Positions 33,771-41,481 of a stretch of 41,481 nt of DNA are shown in pieces. The stretch is from Paracoccaceae bacterium. GTDB lineage: Bacteria; Pseudomonadota; Alphaproteobacteria; Rhodobacterales; Rhodobacteraceae. The stretch's first letter is position 1, and each line of letters begins with the position of its first letter. Location: positions 1 through 41,481 of the forward strand of contig JBKJVF010000232.1 in assembly GCA_046589965.1 (NCBI GenBank), in the 5' to 3' direction. Both the position numbers and the translations under genes were made by a program. Below the pieces are notes generated by a model. It searched no databases. It was not told the origin of the DNA and was given only the letters and a program-made list of their open reading frames with translations.

Positions 33771-34925
33771 TTGATCAAGAATCGTCCACTTTTGTTGCAG
33801 GTTGCGTTGGTCATTTTTGGCGCGGTGGCGTTACCGTTTCTGACGCATGCACCCAACAGGCTGATCTCGGGCCAGCCAGTGCCATTCTGGCTGGTCCCGG
33901 ATGCTTTGGCATGGGTGCTGATGGCGCCTGCGCTATTGCTGGTGGTCGCTGTGACGTTGGAGCTGACCACCGGCCTTGCCCGAGGTTTAGGACTGGTGAC
34001 CGTCTTGTTCATTGCGGGTCTGGTGCATGCGGCGGCGGTCGGTGCAGACGACCTCGCGCTAACAGCGTCGTCTGATGCGGCACGCACGTCTTTCGGTTCT
34101 GGTTTTTGGGTGATGGCGCTGGCCGCAGCCCTGATGTTGGCAGATCTGACCGCGCGCGCCGGCCTGTCACCTTTTGCTCGGGTTCTTGCAGGGCTTTTGG
34201 CGGTGACGCCGATTGGGGTCATGATCTTCAGTGGCCATCTGAATGCGATGTCGATCATGGTGGAATATGCCAACAAGGCGGACCTTTTCCAGCAGGCCGT
34301 CGGACAGCATTTGGTGATCGTGCTGGCCGCCATGGTGCCGACGCTGCTTATTGGCGTTCCGCTCGGCGTGCTTGCCCATCGCAGGGCGGGGCTGGGTGGA
34401 CCAATCCTGTCAGTCCTGAACATCATTCAGACGATCCCGTCGATCGCGATGTTCGGCCTTTTGTTGGCACCGCTGTCGGCTCTTGCCGTGGCGGTCCCAT
34501 CTCTGCAGGCCCTTGGCATCAGCGGCATCGGCCTGGCCCCTGCGATCATTGCGCTGACGCTCTATTCGATCTTGCCGATTGTCCGCAACACGTCCGAGGG
34601 GCTGGCAGATGTGCCCCGTGGTGTGATCGACGCCGCAGAAGGCATGGGCATGACGCGCCGCCAGCTTTTCTGGCGCATCGAAGTTCCCTTGTCGTTGCCG
34701 ATCTTTCTGTCTGGGCTGCGGATCACCGTGGTGCAGGCCATCGGTCTGACCGCGGTGGCCGCACTGATTGGCGCCGGGGGCCTTGGCGCAATCATGTTCC
34801 AGGGTCTGTTTTCAAACGCCTTGGACCTCGTGTTGCTGGGCGCGCTGCCCATCATCGCCATCGCCGTCCTGGCGGATGCACTGTTCAAACTGGCGCTGGC
34901 CCTCTCGCAAAGGCGCATCCAATGA
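33771..34925 (+). CDS. osmoprotectant ABC permease, YehY-like (long form, 384 aa)
   Basis: Multi-TM protein. The binding-protein-dependent permease core has LNIIQTIPSIAMFGLL and GMTRRQLFWRIEVPL. The TTG start from the ORF track is uncertain. Confidence 0.8.
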   Translation: MIKNRPLLLQVALVIFGAVALPFLTHAPNRLISGQPVPFWLVPDALAWVLMAPALLLVVAVTLELTTGLARGLGLVTVLFIAGLVHAAAVGADDLALTASSDAARTSFGSGFWVMALAAALMLADLTARAGLSPFARVLAGLLAVTPIGVMIFSGHLNAMSIMVEYANKADLFQQAVGQHLVIVLAAMVPTLLIGVPLGVLAHRRAGLGGPILSVLNIIQTIPSIAMFGLLLAPLSALAVAVPSLQALGISGIGLAPAIIALTLYSILPIVRNTSEGLADVPRGVIDAAEGMGMTRRQLFWRIEVPLSLPIFLSGLRITVVQAIGLTAVAALIGAGGLGAIMFQGLFSNALDLVLLGALPIIAIAVLADALFKLALALSQRRIQ

Positions 34926-35848
34926 TCGATTTCTTCGATGTCTCCAAGTCCTTCGGCCCGAATACAGTCGTCAGCGGCCTGACCCTGTCGATAAAGAAGG
35001 GCGAGTTTTGCGTGCTGATCGGTCCATCAGGGTCCGGCAAATCCACCATTCTCAAGATGATCAACCGGTTGGAAGAACACAGTTCTGGCGAAATTCACTT
35101 CGCTGGAGAGCCCGTTCGTTCTTTTGCCCCGGAAATTCTGCGCCGCCGGATCGGCTATGCCATCCAGTCGGTTGGCCTTTTCCCCCACTGGAGCGTGGCC
35201 GACAACATCGCCACCGTGCCCCGGCTGTTGCACTGGGACCCGGCGCGCATCGCCACGCGTACGACAGAACTTTTGCAGATGCTGAATCTGGATGCGACGC
35301 GCATCCGCGATGCCTATCCACATCAGTTGTCCGGTGGCCAGCAGCAGCGCGTGGGTGTCGCACGCGCATTGGCGGCCGATCCGGATGTCCTTTTGATGGA
35401 TGAACCCTTCGGCGCACTCGACCCCATCACCCGCGACAGTCTGCAAGCCGAGATGGTCCGCATTCATGCCCAGACCGGCAAGACCATCGTCTTTGTGACC
35501 CATGACATGGACGAGTCCTTGCGCCTTGCGACCCGCGTCGTGGTGCTGGACAAAGGCTTGGTCGTGCAATCGGCCAGTCCGCGAGACCTTCTGGACAAGC
35601 CTGCGGATGACTTCGTGCGCGCCTTCCTTGGAAAAGACGACTACGGCTTGAAGCTCTTGTCGGTAGAGCAGGTCCATGAGCGGATGCGCCCGCTCGTCAT
35701 TCCGTGCGGCCCAGACACGGTGGTGCCTGACGACAGTCTGCGTCTGGCCCTGTCGCGGATGGTGGGGGCAAAAAACAACCGCATCGCGGTGGTCGGCCCA
35801 ACGGGCGCGCAGGTTGGAACCGTTTTTCTTGACGATCTTGCGTCATGA
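34922..35848 (+). CDS. osmoprotectant ABC ATP-binding protein, YehX-like
   Basis: Start at [11 protein letters not shown] (ATGA overlap with the permease). Walker [10 protein letters not shown], signature LSGGQQQR and Walker [12 protein letters not shown]. The 5' part of ORF 34106-35848 is rejected. Confidence 0.9.
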   Translation: MIDFFDVSKSFGPNTVVSGLTLSIKKGEFCVLIGPSGSGKSTILKMINRLEEHSSGEIHFAGEPVRSFAPEILRRRIGYAIQSVGLFPHWSVADNIATVPRLLHWDPARIATRTTELLQMLNLDATRIRDAYPHQLSGGQQQRVGVARALAADPDVLLMDEPFGALDPITRDSLQAEMVRIHAQTGKTIVFVTHDMDESLRLATRVVVLDKGLVVQSASPRDLLDKPADDFVRAFLGKDDYGLKLLSVEQVHERMRPLVIPCGPDTVVPDDSLRLALSRMVGAKNNRIAVVGPTGAQVGTVFLDDLAS

Positions 35849-36615
35849 CGGGCGTAGCTTTGCGCGCCCCCTTTCGAACCACACCAGTTGCGCGCTTTGC
35901 AGTCGGGTTGGCGGTCTATCTGGTCTTCGTTTTCGCCCTGCCCTACAGCGCGCCCGTTTTTTCTGCACTTTTCCCGGAACTTGAACGGCCAATCTACGAA
36001 CAGCAAAGCTTTGTGACGCTGGTGTGGGCACATCTTGCGCTTGTGGCGGGTGCAAGCGTCATCGCGACGGTGATCGGCATCGGCGCGGGGATCTACGTCA
36101 CGCGGCCACAGGGTCGCGAATTTCGTCGCATGGTGGAAACGCTGTCGGCCATGGGACAGACCTTTCCGCCCGTGGCTGTGCTTGCGCTGACCGTTCCCGT
36201 GATCGGATTTGGATTTTGGCCAGCACTGGTTGCCTTGTCACTCTACGGCATCCTGCCGATCTGCGAGAACACCATCTCCGGCCTTGAAGCGGTTTCACCC
36301 GCCGCACGCGAAGCTGCCGAGGGCCTAGGGATGAGCCGTGGACAGCAGCTATTTCAGGTGGAACTGCCCCTTGCCGCACCGATCCTGATCGCCGGCATTC
36401 GAACCTCGGTGACCATCAACATCGGCACTGCTGCAATCGCATCGACGGTCGGTGCGGTATCGCTGGGGTCACCCATCATCATCGGCCTGAACGGCAGCAA
36501 CACAGCCTACGTTCTGCAAGGTGCGTTGCTGGTTGCAGGTCTGGCCATTGTGGTGGACCTCGGGTTCAGCGTGGTCGCGGCAAAAGTCGCCCGCTGGCGG
36601 CAAGCATCGAGCTGA
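35845..36615 (+). CDS. osmoprotectant ABC permease, YehW-like
   Basis: 256 aa with TM helices. [18 protein letters not shown] is the permease EAA-type loop. ATGA overlap with the ATPase. Confidence 0.85.
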   Translation: MTGVALRAPFRTTPVARFAVGLAVYLVFVFALPYSAPVFSALFPELERPIYEQQSFVTLVWAHLALVAGASVIATVIGIGAGIYVTRPQGREFRRMVETLSAMGQTFPPVAVLALTVPVIGFGFWPALVALSLYGILPICENTISGLEAVSPAAREAAEGLGMSRGQQLFQVELPLAAPILIAGIRTSVTINIGTAAIASTVGAVSLGSPIIIGLNGSNTAYVLQGALLVAGLAIVVDLGFSVVAAKVARWRQASS

Positions 36616-36707
36616 TGACCGTGCGACTTTCCTAGATTTTCCGTCCGCAAAGGGTGCGCCCATAGCCGCTTTCATAGCGGAGCTGATGCTGCGTCGGATG
36701 CTTTACC

Positions 36708-36733
36708 GGAACGAACGGCGCTTACCATGCGTT
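36708..36733 (+). promoter_or_regulatory. EcfG-type promoter motif GGAAC-N17-CGTT upstream of the YihY/BrkB gene
   Basis: GGAAC(36708-36712)-N17-CGTT(36730-36733). Confidence 0.7.
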
Positions 36734-36814
36734 GGCTGAACTGGGGGCCCAGATCACAGGCACGCGCCCTTGGGGGAATTGCCCTGCAATCCGACGGCTC
36801 GAAAGGAAACTACC

Positions 36815-37663
36815 GTGATTTCACTCTCCAGCATCACGCAGATCGTCAGACCGGTTTATGCCGAAATGGACCGAAAAAACTTCAGCCTGATCGCGGCTGG
36901 GGTTGGACTGTTCGGCATGATCGCGCTGTTTCCGGCACTGGCGGCCATCGTCATGTTGTGGAGCCTTTTTGCCGATCCCTCGGACGCCGGTGCGCTTGTG
37001 GCGCTCGGTGCCAATACATTGCCGCCCGATGTGTCGAAGGTCATGTCCGATCAGATCGAACGCGTGATTGCGGCGGGGTCTGACCAAAGTTTCGGATGGG
37101 CACTGCTGCTGACTCTAGCACTTTCGCTATGGTCGGCGCGGGCTGGCGTGGCAGCCTTGATGCGGGGCCTTAATGCCGTGCATGACACGCAGCCAAGGCC
37201 AAGCTGGTTTGCGGAAACACTCGCATCCCTGACGCTGACAGTTGTGTTAAGCGGGTTGGCACTGGTCCAGATCGCGGCGATGGTCATCGCGCCGATCGTG
37301 ATGGCCGTCATCCCGCTTGGGACCGGGGCGGAGATTGCGGCGGATGCTGTGCGGTGGCTTTTGACCACGGCAGTGGCGATCCTGGCCCTTGGCGCTGTCT
37401 ATCGCTACGGCCCCAATTTGCCCGATCCCAAACCCGCCTGGATCACACCGGGTGCGATCCTGGCGGTCGTCTTGCTGCTGCTGATGTCGATTGCCTTTTC
37501 CGTGTATCTGGCCCGGTTCGGCAACTACAACAAGGTCTATGGATCGATCGGTGCGGCAGTGGCCTTGCTGATCTGGTTTTATCTTTCGGCACTGGTGGTT
37601 TTGCTGGGCGGGGCGCTCAATGCCGAACTGGTCCGACGTGGCATGCTGCCGTTTAAATCATGA
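36815..37663 (+). CDS. YihY/virulence factor BrkB family membrane protein
   Basis: GTG start 5 nt after GAAAGGAAA. LIAAGVGLFGMIALFPALAA, SLWSARAGVAALMRGLN and YGSIGAAVALLIWFYLSALVVLLGGALN resemble the family. Confidence 0.8.
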   Translation: MISLSSITQIVRPVYAEMDRKNFSLIAAGVGLFGMIALFPALAAIVMLWSLFADPSDAGALVALGANTLPPDVSKVMSDQIERVIAAGSDQSFGWALLLTLALSLWSARAGVAALMRGLNAVHDTQPRPSWFAETLASLTLTVVLSGLALVQIAAMVIAPIVMAVIPLGTGAEIAADAVRWLLTTAVAILALGAVYRYGPNLPDPKPAWITPGAILAVVLLLLMSIAFSVYLARFGNYNKVYGSIGAAVALLIWFYLSALVVLLGGALNAELVRRGMLPFKS

Positions 37664-37762
37664 CGCGATGGGCACATCTCGACACGGCCAATGTCAGTCT
37701 TTTCCCTGCCTATGAGCGTCCATGTGATCGCCAATGCAGGTGTCGGCGGCTCGCCCCGCCGG

Positions 37763-37787
37763 GGAACAAACCCGACGTATTTTTGTT
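37763..37787 (+). promoter_or_regulatory. near-consensus EcfG-type motif GGAAC-N16-TGTT upstream of the KGG gene
   Basis: GGAAC(37763-37767)-N16-TGTT(37784-37787), 49 nt before the ATG at 37836. Confidence 0.5.
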
Positions 37788-37835
37788 TTGATTTCGTGCG
37801 TGACGGCAGGCGCATGACATCAAACGGAGCCTTCC

Positions 37836-37997
37836 ATGAACAAGACAAAATCTGACGGCAAAGCGACAAAAGGCAGCTCAAACTTCAAGGATGATCCGGC
37901 GCGCGCTGCAGAAGCCGGTCGCAAGGGCGGCCAAAGCTCAGGGGCCGACACCAAAGGCGACAAGGGTGCCAAAACGCAATCGGCAGGCCGCAAATAG
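37836..37997 (+). CDS. KGG-repeat general stress protein (YciG/GsiB-like, 53 aa)
   Basis: Not in the ORF track because it is shorter than 60 aa. Sequence: MNKTKSDGKATKGSSNFKDDPARAAEAGRKGGQSSGADTKGDKGAKTQSAGRK. AAEAGRKGGQ is the KGG motif. GGAG lies 7 nt upstream and a strong terminator follows. Confidence 0.8.
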   Translation: MNKTKSDGKATKGSSNFKDDPARAAEAGRKGGQSSGADTKGDKGAKTQSAGRK

Positions 37998-38012
37998 CCA
38001 AGTAGTTGATTG

Positions 38013-38047
38013 GCGCAGAACCCACACCGTGGGTTCTGCGCTTTTTC
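38013..38047 (+). terminator. Rho-independent terminator after the KGG gene
   Basis: GCGCAGAACCCA-caccg-TGGGTTCTGCGC followed by TTTTT. Confidence 0.85.
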
Positions 38048-38071
38048 TATTTTCGAATATTGAGTCTGGGC

Positions 38072-38311
38072 TCAAGGGCGCCTGTTGCTGTCAGGCGTCA
38101 CACGAACCGAGTGATCTTCGAACATTGAACCAAGCCGGGTCAGCTGCCACAGCGCGCAGAGTCCGACGATGATATAAACCAGACGCGACAAGGCCGCCGT
38201 CTGACCGCCGAAAATTGTCGCCACCAGATCGAATTCGAAAGCCCCGACAAGCAGTCAGTTTATGCCGCCAATGATAAGAAGTACTTGGGTGATGAAGTTA
38301 AGTGTACGCAT
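38072..38311 (-). pseudogene. DUF378 (YuzA-like) membrane protein gene with an in-frame TGA at the conserved Trp codon
   Basis: MRTLNFITQVLLIIGGIN-TGA-LLVGAFEFDLVATIFGGQTAALSRLVYIIVGLCALWQL is one continuous frame. The DUF378 consensus has ..GG.NWGL.G.F.F.LVA..FG at this point, so the TGA (38257..38255) replaces TGG. AAGGA SD lies 7 nt before the ATG at 38311. Confidence 0.7.
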
Positions 38312-38355
38312 GTGCAGTCCTTTTTGTTGTAACCACAGGTCAAACCGCCCATCGC

Positions 38356-39498
38356 TCAGATTGTTCCGGTTGCTGCCTGATGCGAAGGCTGCGTGCGGAC
38401 TCCAGTGGTCACAACGGGCAATCGCGCAAATGTCGCCAATGCCTGCCCGACAACCTGATCCATGTTGAAATACCGGTAATTCGCCAACCTGCCCACAAAC
38501 CAGACATGACGCAGTTTCTGCGCGAGCGCGTCATACTTCCGGTACAACTCAAAGTTTTCCTCGCGCGGAATTGGATAGTAAGGGTCGCCGGTCGCACTGG
38601 GATATTCATACACGACACTGGTCCGCCTATGGCGCTGCCCGGTCAGGTGTTTGAATTCCGTGACGCGCGTAAAATCCTCGGTCTGCGGATAGTTGATCGT
38701 CGCCACTGGCTGGACGTGTTCCGCGTCGATGGTCTGATGCACAAAGCGAAGCGAGCGATATGGCAACTTGCCAAAGCAGTGGCCAAAGTATTCATCGATC
38801 GGCCCGGTAAAAATCAGGCGCTTGTATTTGACCTTCGACTGGACTGCGGCAAAAGATGTTCCCAGACGCAGGTCGATATTGGGATGATCAAGCATGCGCT
38901 CGAACATGCGGGTGTATCCCTCGGCGGGCATCAGCTGAAAGCTGTCGGTAAAATAGCGATCGTCGTCGTTTACGCGTGTGGGGATGCGCGCCGTGACCGA
39001 CTTGTCGAGCTGCGATGGATCAAGCCCCCATTGCTTGCGTGTGTATCCGCGAAAAAACTTTTCATAAAGCTCGCGACCCACGGTGGACAGCACGACATCT
39101 TCGGAGGTTTTGATATCGGGTATGTCGATCCGCCGTTCGGCAAGAAAGGTCGGGACATCTGCTTCGGTCAGGTCAAGGCCGTATAGCCGGTTGATCGTGG
39201 TGCGGTTGATGGGGATCGGCACCAGCGTGCCGTCCACCTTCGCAAGCACACGATGTTCATAGGGTCGCCATTTGGTAAACTGCGACAGATAGTCCACGAT
39301 CATGGCGGAATTGGTGTGAAAGATGTGCGGGCCGTATTCGTGGATCAGCACGCCTGCGTCATCTCGACGATCATAAGCATTGCCGCCGATATGCGGTCGC
39401 TGGTCCACCACCATCACTCTTTCGCCGCGTTGCGACGCGATCCGCTCTGCCATGACGCTACCGGCAAATCCGGCGCCGACGATCAGCCAATCATACAT
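38356..39498 (-). CDS. glf: UDP-galactopyranose mutase
   Basis: Start at MYDWLIVGAGFAGSVMAERIA (FAD GxGxxG). HIGGNAYD and HEYGPHIFHT are Glf hallmarks. Overlaps the upstream gene's stop by 8 nt. Confidence 0.92.
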   Translation of the reverse strand: MYDWLIVGAGFAGSVMAERIASQRGERVMVVDQRPHIGGNAYDRRDDAGVLIHEYGPHIFHTNSAMIVDYLSQFTKWRPYEHRVLAKVDGTLVPIPINRTTINRLYGLDLTEADVPTFLAERRIDIPDIKTSEDVVLSTVGRELYEKFFRGYTRKQWGLDPSQLDKSVTARIPTRVNDDDRYFTDSFQLMPAEGYTRMFERMLDHPNIDLRLGTSFAAVQSKVKYKRLIFTGPIDEYFGHCFGKLPYRSLRFVHQTIDAEHVQPVATINYPQTEDFTRVTEFKHLTGQRHRRTSVVYEYPSATGDPYYPIPREENFELYRKYDALAQKLRHVWFVGRLANYRYFNMDQVVGQALATFARLPVVTTGVRTQPSHQAATGTI

Positions 39499-40759
39499 GC
39501 CGGGCCACCCCCGAGCGCTGCGAGGAACGCGCCTGCATCTGGGCAGGCATCTTGGATTGCGGAACGAGCAGACCCTTGATCGCATCGTTCATGACGGCCC
39601 ACGTCTTGTCCCAGGACATGCCCGCCAGAATGTCATCGACCCGTCGGCCAAGACCCGGGGCCGGGACGGTCAGACTTTGACGCAGGACCTCGGGCATGGT
39701 TGCGGCATCGGCAATGGCGACCACACCGTTTTGGCCGTAAGGCGTCACGACATCGGCGATTGCGGTCGAGGCAAGCCGTAACCCTGCCGCCAGAAACTCG
39801 GGTGTCTTTGTCGGACTGATGAAACGGGTGGCTTCATTCAGTGCAAAGGGCATCCATCCGGCCTGCCAGTTGGCAAGATAGGCCGGCAACGCGTCATAGG
39901 ATTTGGCCCCAAGCCAATGCAGGTTCTCACCGCGTGGCAGCTCGTCATGGCTGATCTTGACCACCGGCCCCAGCATCACGAACTGAGTCTCCGGCAGCGC
40001 AGCGGCCGTCGACCTTACCAGATCGAGATCCATCCGTTCGTCGATCACCCCGAAAAACCCGATGCGCGGTTTGGGCAGATGACGCTGGTCCTCGGGGTCC
40101 GGAATGGGTCTGCGGGCCTTGCCGAAATGCGCCGCATCGATGCTGCTTGGCAGACAAAAGACCTTGGGGTGACGGCGACGTTTGGCCTCGTAGAGGCTGC
40201 GCCCCCCGGTAAAGACCAGATCGCACATGGCGAACAGCCGGTCCTCAAGAAATCCAAGCGCGTCTGGGGCAAAGCGAAAGGCGCTCAGTTCGTCCATGCA
40301 GTCATAGACACAGACATCGGCCGCAAGATGCGCCGAAAAAGACAGCGCCATCGGCGTGTAGTACCAGGTGATCAGGGTGCTGTGCGGCATGCCCGCAATC
40401 ATCGCGTCCAAAAGCCCGCGGATCGCGCCGTCGACATCGGCAGTGCCATGCTCAAGTTCAGGCGTGACAATCAGCAACCCGCTTGAATCCTTGCGCAGAT
40501 GAAGGCGGTCCGGGCCGTCGTGACGGGTCATCTCCTCGAAATAGACGACCGTCTTTGTCGCTGCGGCGCGGCGCAGAAGGTGGTGTGGACGCTGGACAAC
40601 CAGGTCCCAACGCAGATGGGAAAAGCACACAAGCAACTGGGGCGTCGCGGGCTGCGCGCCGGAATTGAGAGAGTCCATGTCGATCTTCTTGAAGGATGGT
40701 TGCGAGGCGTCAGCGCCTTGCAAGCTCAACCAACGAAACGACAATGTGTTCCCTGACAT
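39491..40759 (-). CDS. glycosyltransferase (frequent Glf partner; possible galactofuranosyltransferase)
   Basis: LLVCFSHLRWDLVVQRPHHLLRRAA is an N-terminal motif I associate with glf-linked GT genes. The start is uncertain: ATG at 40759 or 40678. Confidence 0.65.
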   Translation of the reverse strand: MSGNTLSFRWLSLQGADASQPSFKKIDMDSLNSGAQPATPQLLVCFSHLRWDLVVQRPHHLLRRAAATKTVVYFEEMTRHDGPDRLHLRKDSSGLLIVTPELEHGTADVDGAIRGLLDAMIAGMPHSTLITWYYTPMALSFSAHLAADVCVYDCMDELSAFRFAPDALGFLEDRLFAMCDLVFTGGRSLYEAKRRRHPKVFCLPSSIDAAHFGKARRPIPDPEDQRHLPKPRIGFFGVIDERMDLDLVRSTAAALPETQFVMLGPVVKISHDELPRGENLHWLGAKSYDALPAYLANWQAGWMPFALNEATRFISPTKTPEFLAAGLRLASTAIADVVTPYGQNGVVAIADAATMPEVLRQSLTVPAPGLGRRVDDILAGMSWDKTWAVMNDAIKGLLVPQSKMPAQMQARSSQRSGVARHV

Positions 40760-40768
40760 GTCGCTCGA

Positions 40769-41481
40769 TCAGCTGCCGACCATTTCGCCGCCATTGGGAT
40801 GCAGCGTTTGCCCCGTCATGTAAGACGAATCCTCACAGGCAAGGAACAACGCACAGGGGGCAACCTCGGCGGGCTGACCGGGACGGCCAAGGGGTGTATC
40901 CATGCCGAAACTCTCAACCTTTTCGGCGTCGAACGTCGATGGGATCAAAGGTGTCCAGATCGGGCCGGGCGCAATTGCGTTCACCCGGATGCCTTGCGGC
41001 GCAAGCATGGCTGACAGCGCACGGGTAAAGGCAAGGATCGCCCCTTTGGTGGAGGCGTAGTCGACCAGCTCTTTTTGCCCGCGAAAGGCAGTGATCGATG
41101 TGGTGTTGATGATTGCATCGCCCGCCTGCATCTGCGGCAGACAGCCCTGCGTGACGTAGAATTGCGCAAAGATGTTGGTCGCAAAGGTCTCGTGAAGCTG
41201 GTCAGTGGAGATGCCCTCCAGCCGTTTTTGCGGATACTGCACTGCGGCATTGTTGACCACGATGTGGACGCGCCCGAATTCCTGCAGGGTCTGCTCGACG
41301 GCGTCTTGTGCCGCCGACGGATCGCCCAGATCGCCCGCAATCGACAGCACGCGGACGCCTTCATCCTTGATCAGTCTGACCGTGTCCTCGGCGTCCTCTA
41401 CCTCGTCCTTGTAATGAATGCACACATTCGCGCCTTCGCGCGCAAATAGTATGGCGATGGCGCGACCGATGCCGCTATCGC
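40769..41481 (-). CDS. SDR family oxidoreductase (YhdF/YdaD general-stress-protein-39-like), 5' end outside the window
   Basis: The reading frame runs to the window edge (..DSGIGRAIAILFAREGANV..). NNAA, the catalytic Y..ASKGAI (YASTKGAI), IRVNAIAPGPIWTPL and HPNGGE match the family. Confidence 0.88.
   Translation of the reverse strand, partial: DSGIGRAIAILFAREGANVCIHYKDEVEDAEDTVRLIKDEGVRVLSIAGDLGDPSAAQDAVEQTLQEFGRVHIVVNNAAVQYPQKRLEGISTDQLHETFATNIFAQFYVTQGCLPQMQAGDAIINTTSITAFRGQKELVDYASTKGAILAFTRALSAMLAPQGIRVNAIAPGPIWTPLIPSTFDAEKVESFGMDTPLGRPGQPAEVAPCALFLACEDSSYMTGQTLHPNGGEMVGS

Noticed and set aside
32614-33771. A 385-aa minus-strand ORF covering the osmoprotectant binding-protein gene.
   Set aside because: It is a shadow ORF. 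The plus-strand frame has a signal peptide, a good SD and clear OsmF/OpuC-type motifs, whereas the minus-strand product is Arg/Gly-rich with no recognisable features.
34106-34921. A 272-codon N-terminal extension of the ABC ATPase ORF (34106-35848).
   Set aside because: It overlaps the YehY-like permease in another frame and translates to Arg/Gly/Pro-rich nonsense. The conserved ATPase begins at MIDFFDV (34922) with an ATGA overlap.
1-41481. A search for CRISPR arrays, long tandem repeats, rRNA or tRNA genes, and intact mobile elements.
   Set aside because: None were seen by eye. Only the transposase tail at 3822-4078 is present. A proper repeat or tRNA scan has not been run.

Overview
High-GC alphaproteobacterial chromosomal window, with gene content and codon style that look Rhodobacterales-like (inferred, not verified). 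No rRNA, tRNA or CRISPR was seen.

Gene layout:
- 1-2729: an acetamidase/formamidase gene plus a two-domain peptide-type ABC ATPase.
- 2730-6241: a lower-GC, gene-poor stretch of decayed genes. It holds a frameshifted IS1380-like transposase tail, a 206-aa orphan and an ORF interrupted by an in-frame TAG.
- 6242-14683 (minus strand): the 2813-aa cyclic beta-1,2-glucan synthase NdvB/Cgs.
- 14.7-41.5 kb: organised around the alphaproteobacterial general stress response (GSR) core, phyR divergent from nepR-ecfG-histidine kinase. It is packed with typical GSR cargo: CsbD, DUF1328, two PRC-barrel proteins, a DUF481 outer-membrane protein, GSP26, DUF892, a PA2169-like protein, a holin-like/DUF3618 operon, KGG, GlsB/YeaQ, YidB, an AI-2E transporter, galU, a yehZYXW-like osmoprotectant transporter, YihY/BrkB, and an SDR-glycosyltransferase-glf-DUF378 cluster.

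Main result of the hunt: reading both strands, I found 13 exact and 6 near-exact EcfG-type promoter motifs (GGAAC-N16/17-CGTT or NGTT). Almost all are correctly oriented 30-100 nt upstream of start codons.

Two exact motifs drive no ORF. They precede roughly 120-nt terminator-bounded transcripts that share a C-rich core (GUUCCCUC..UCCC..GUUCC). These are candidate GSR-dependent anti-Shine-Dalgarno sRNAs.

Other notable points:
- An EcfG-driven 66-codon CsbD-like upstream ORF has a stop that overlaps the SD-less TTG start of ndvB (UUGA).
- The phyR and nepR promoters overlap face to face.
- A receiver-fold protein lacking the phospho-acceptor Asp sits next to phyR.
- A DUF378 gene has TGA at its invariant Trp codon.

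All functional calls rest on motif recognition by eye; no database search was possible.
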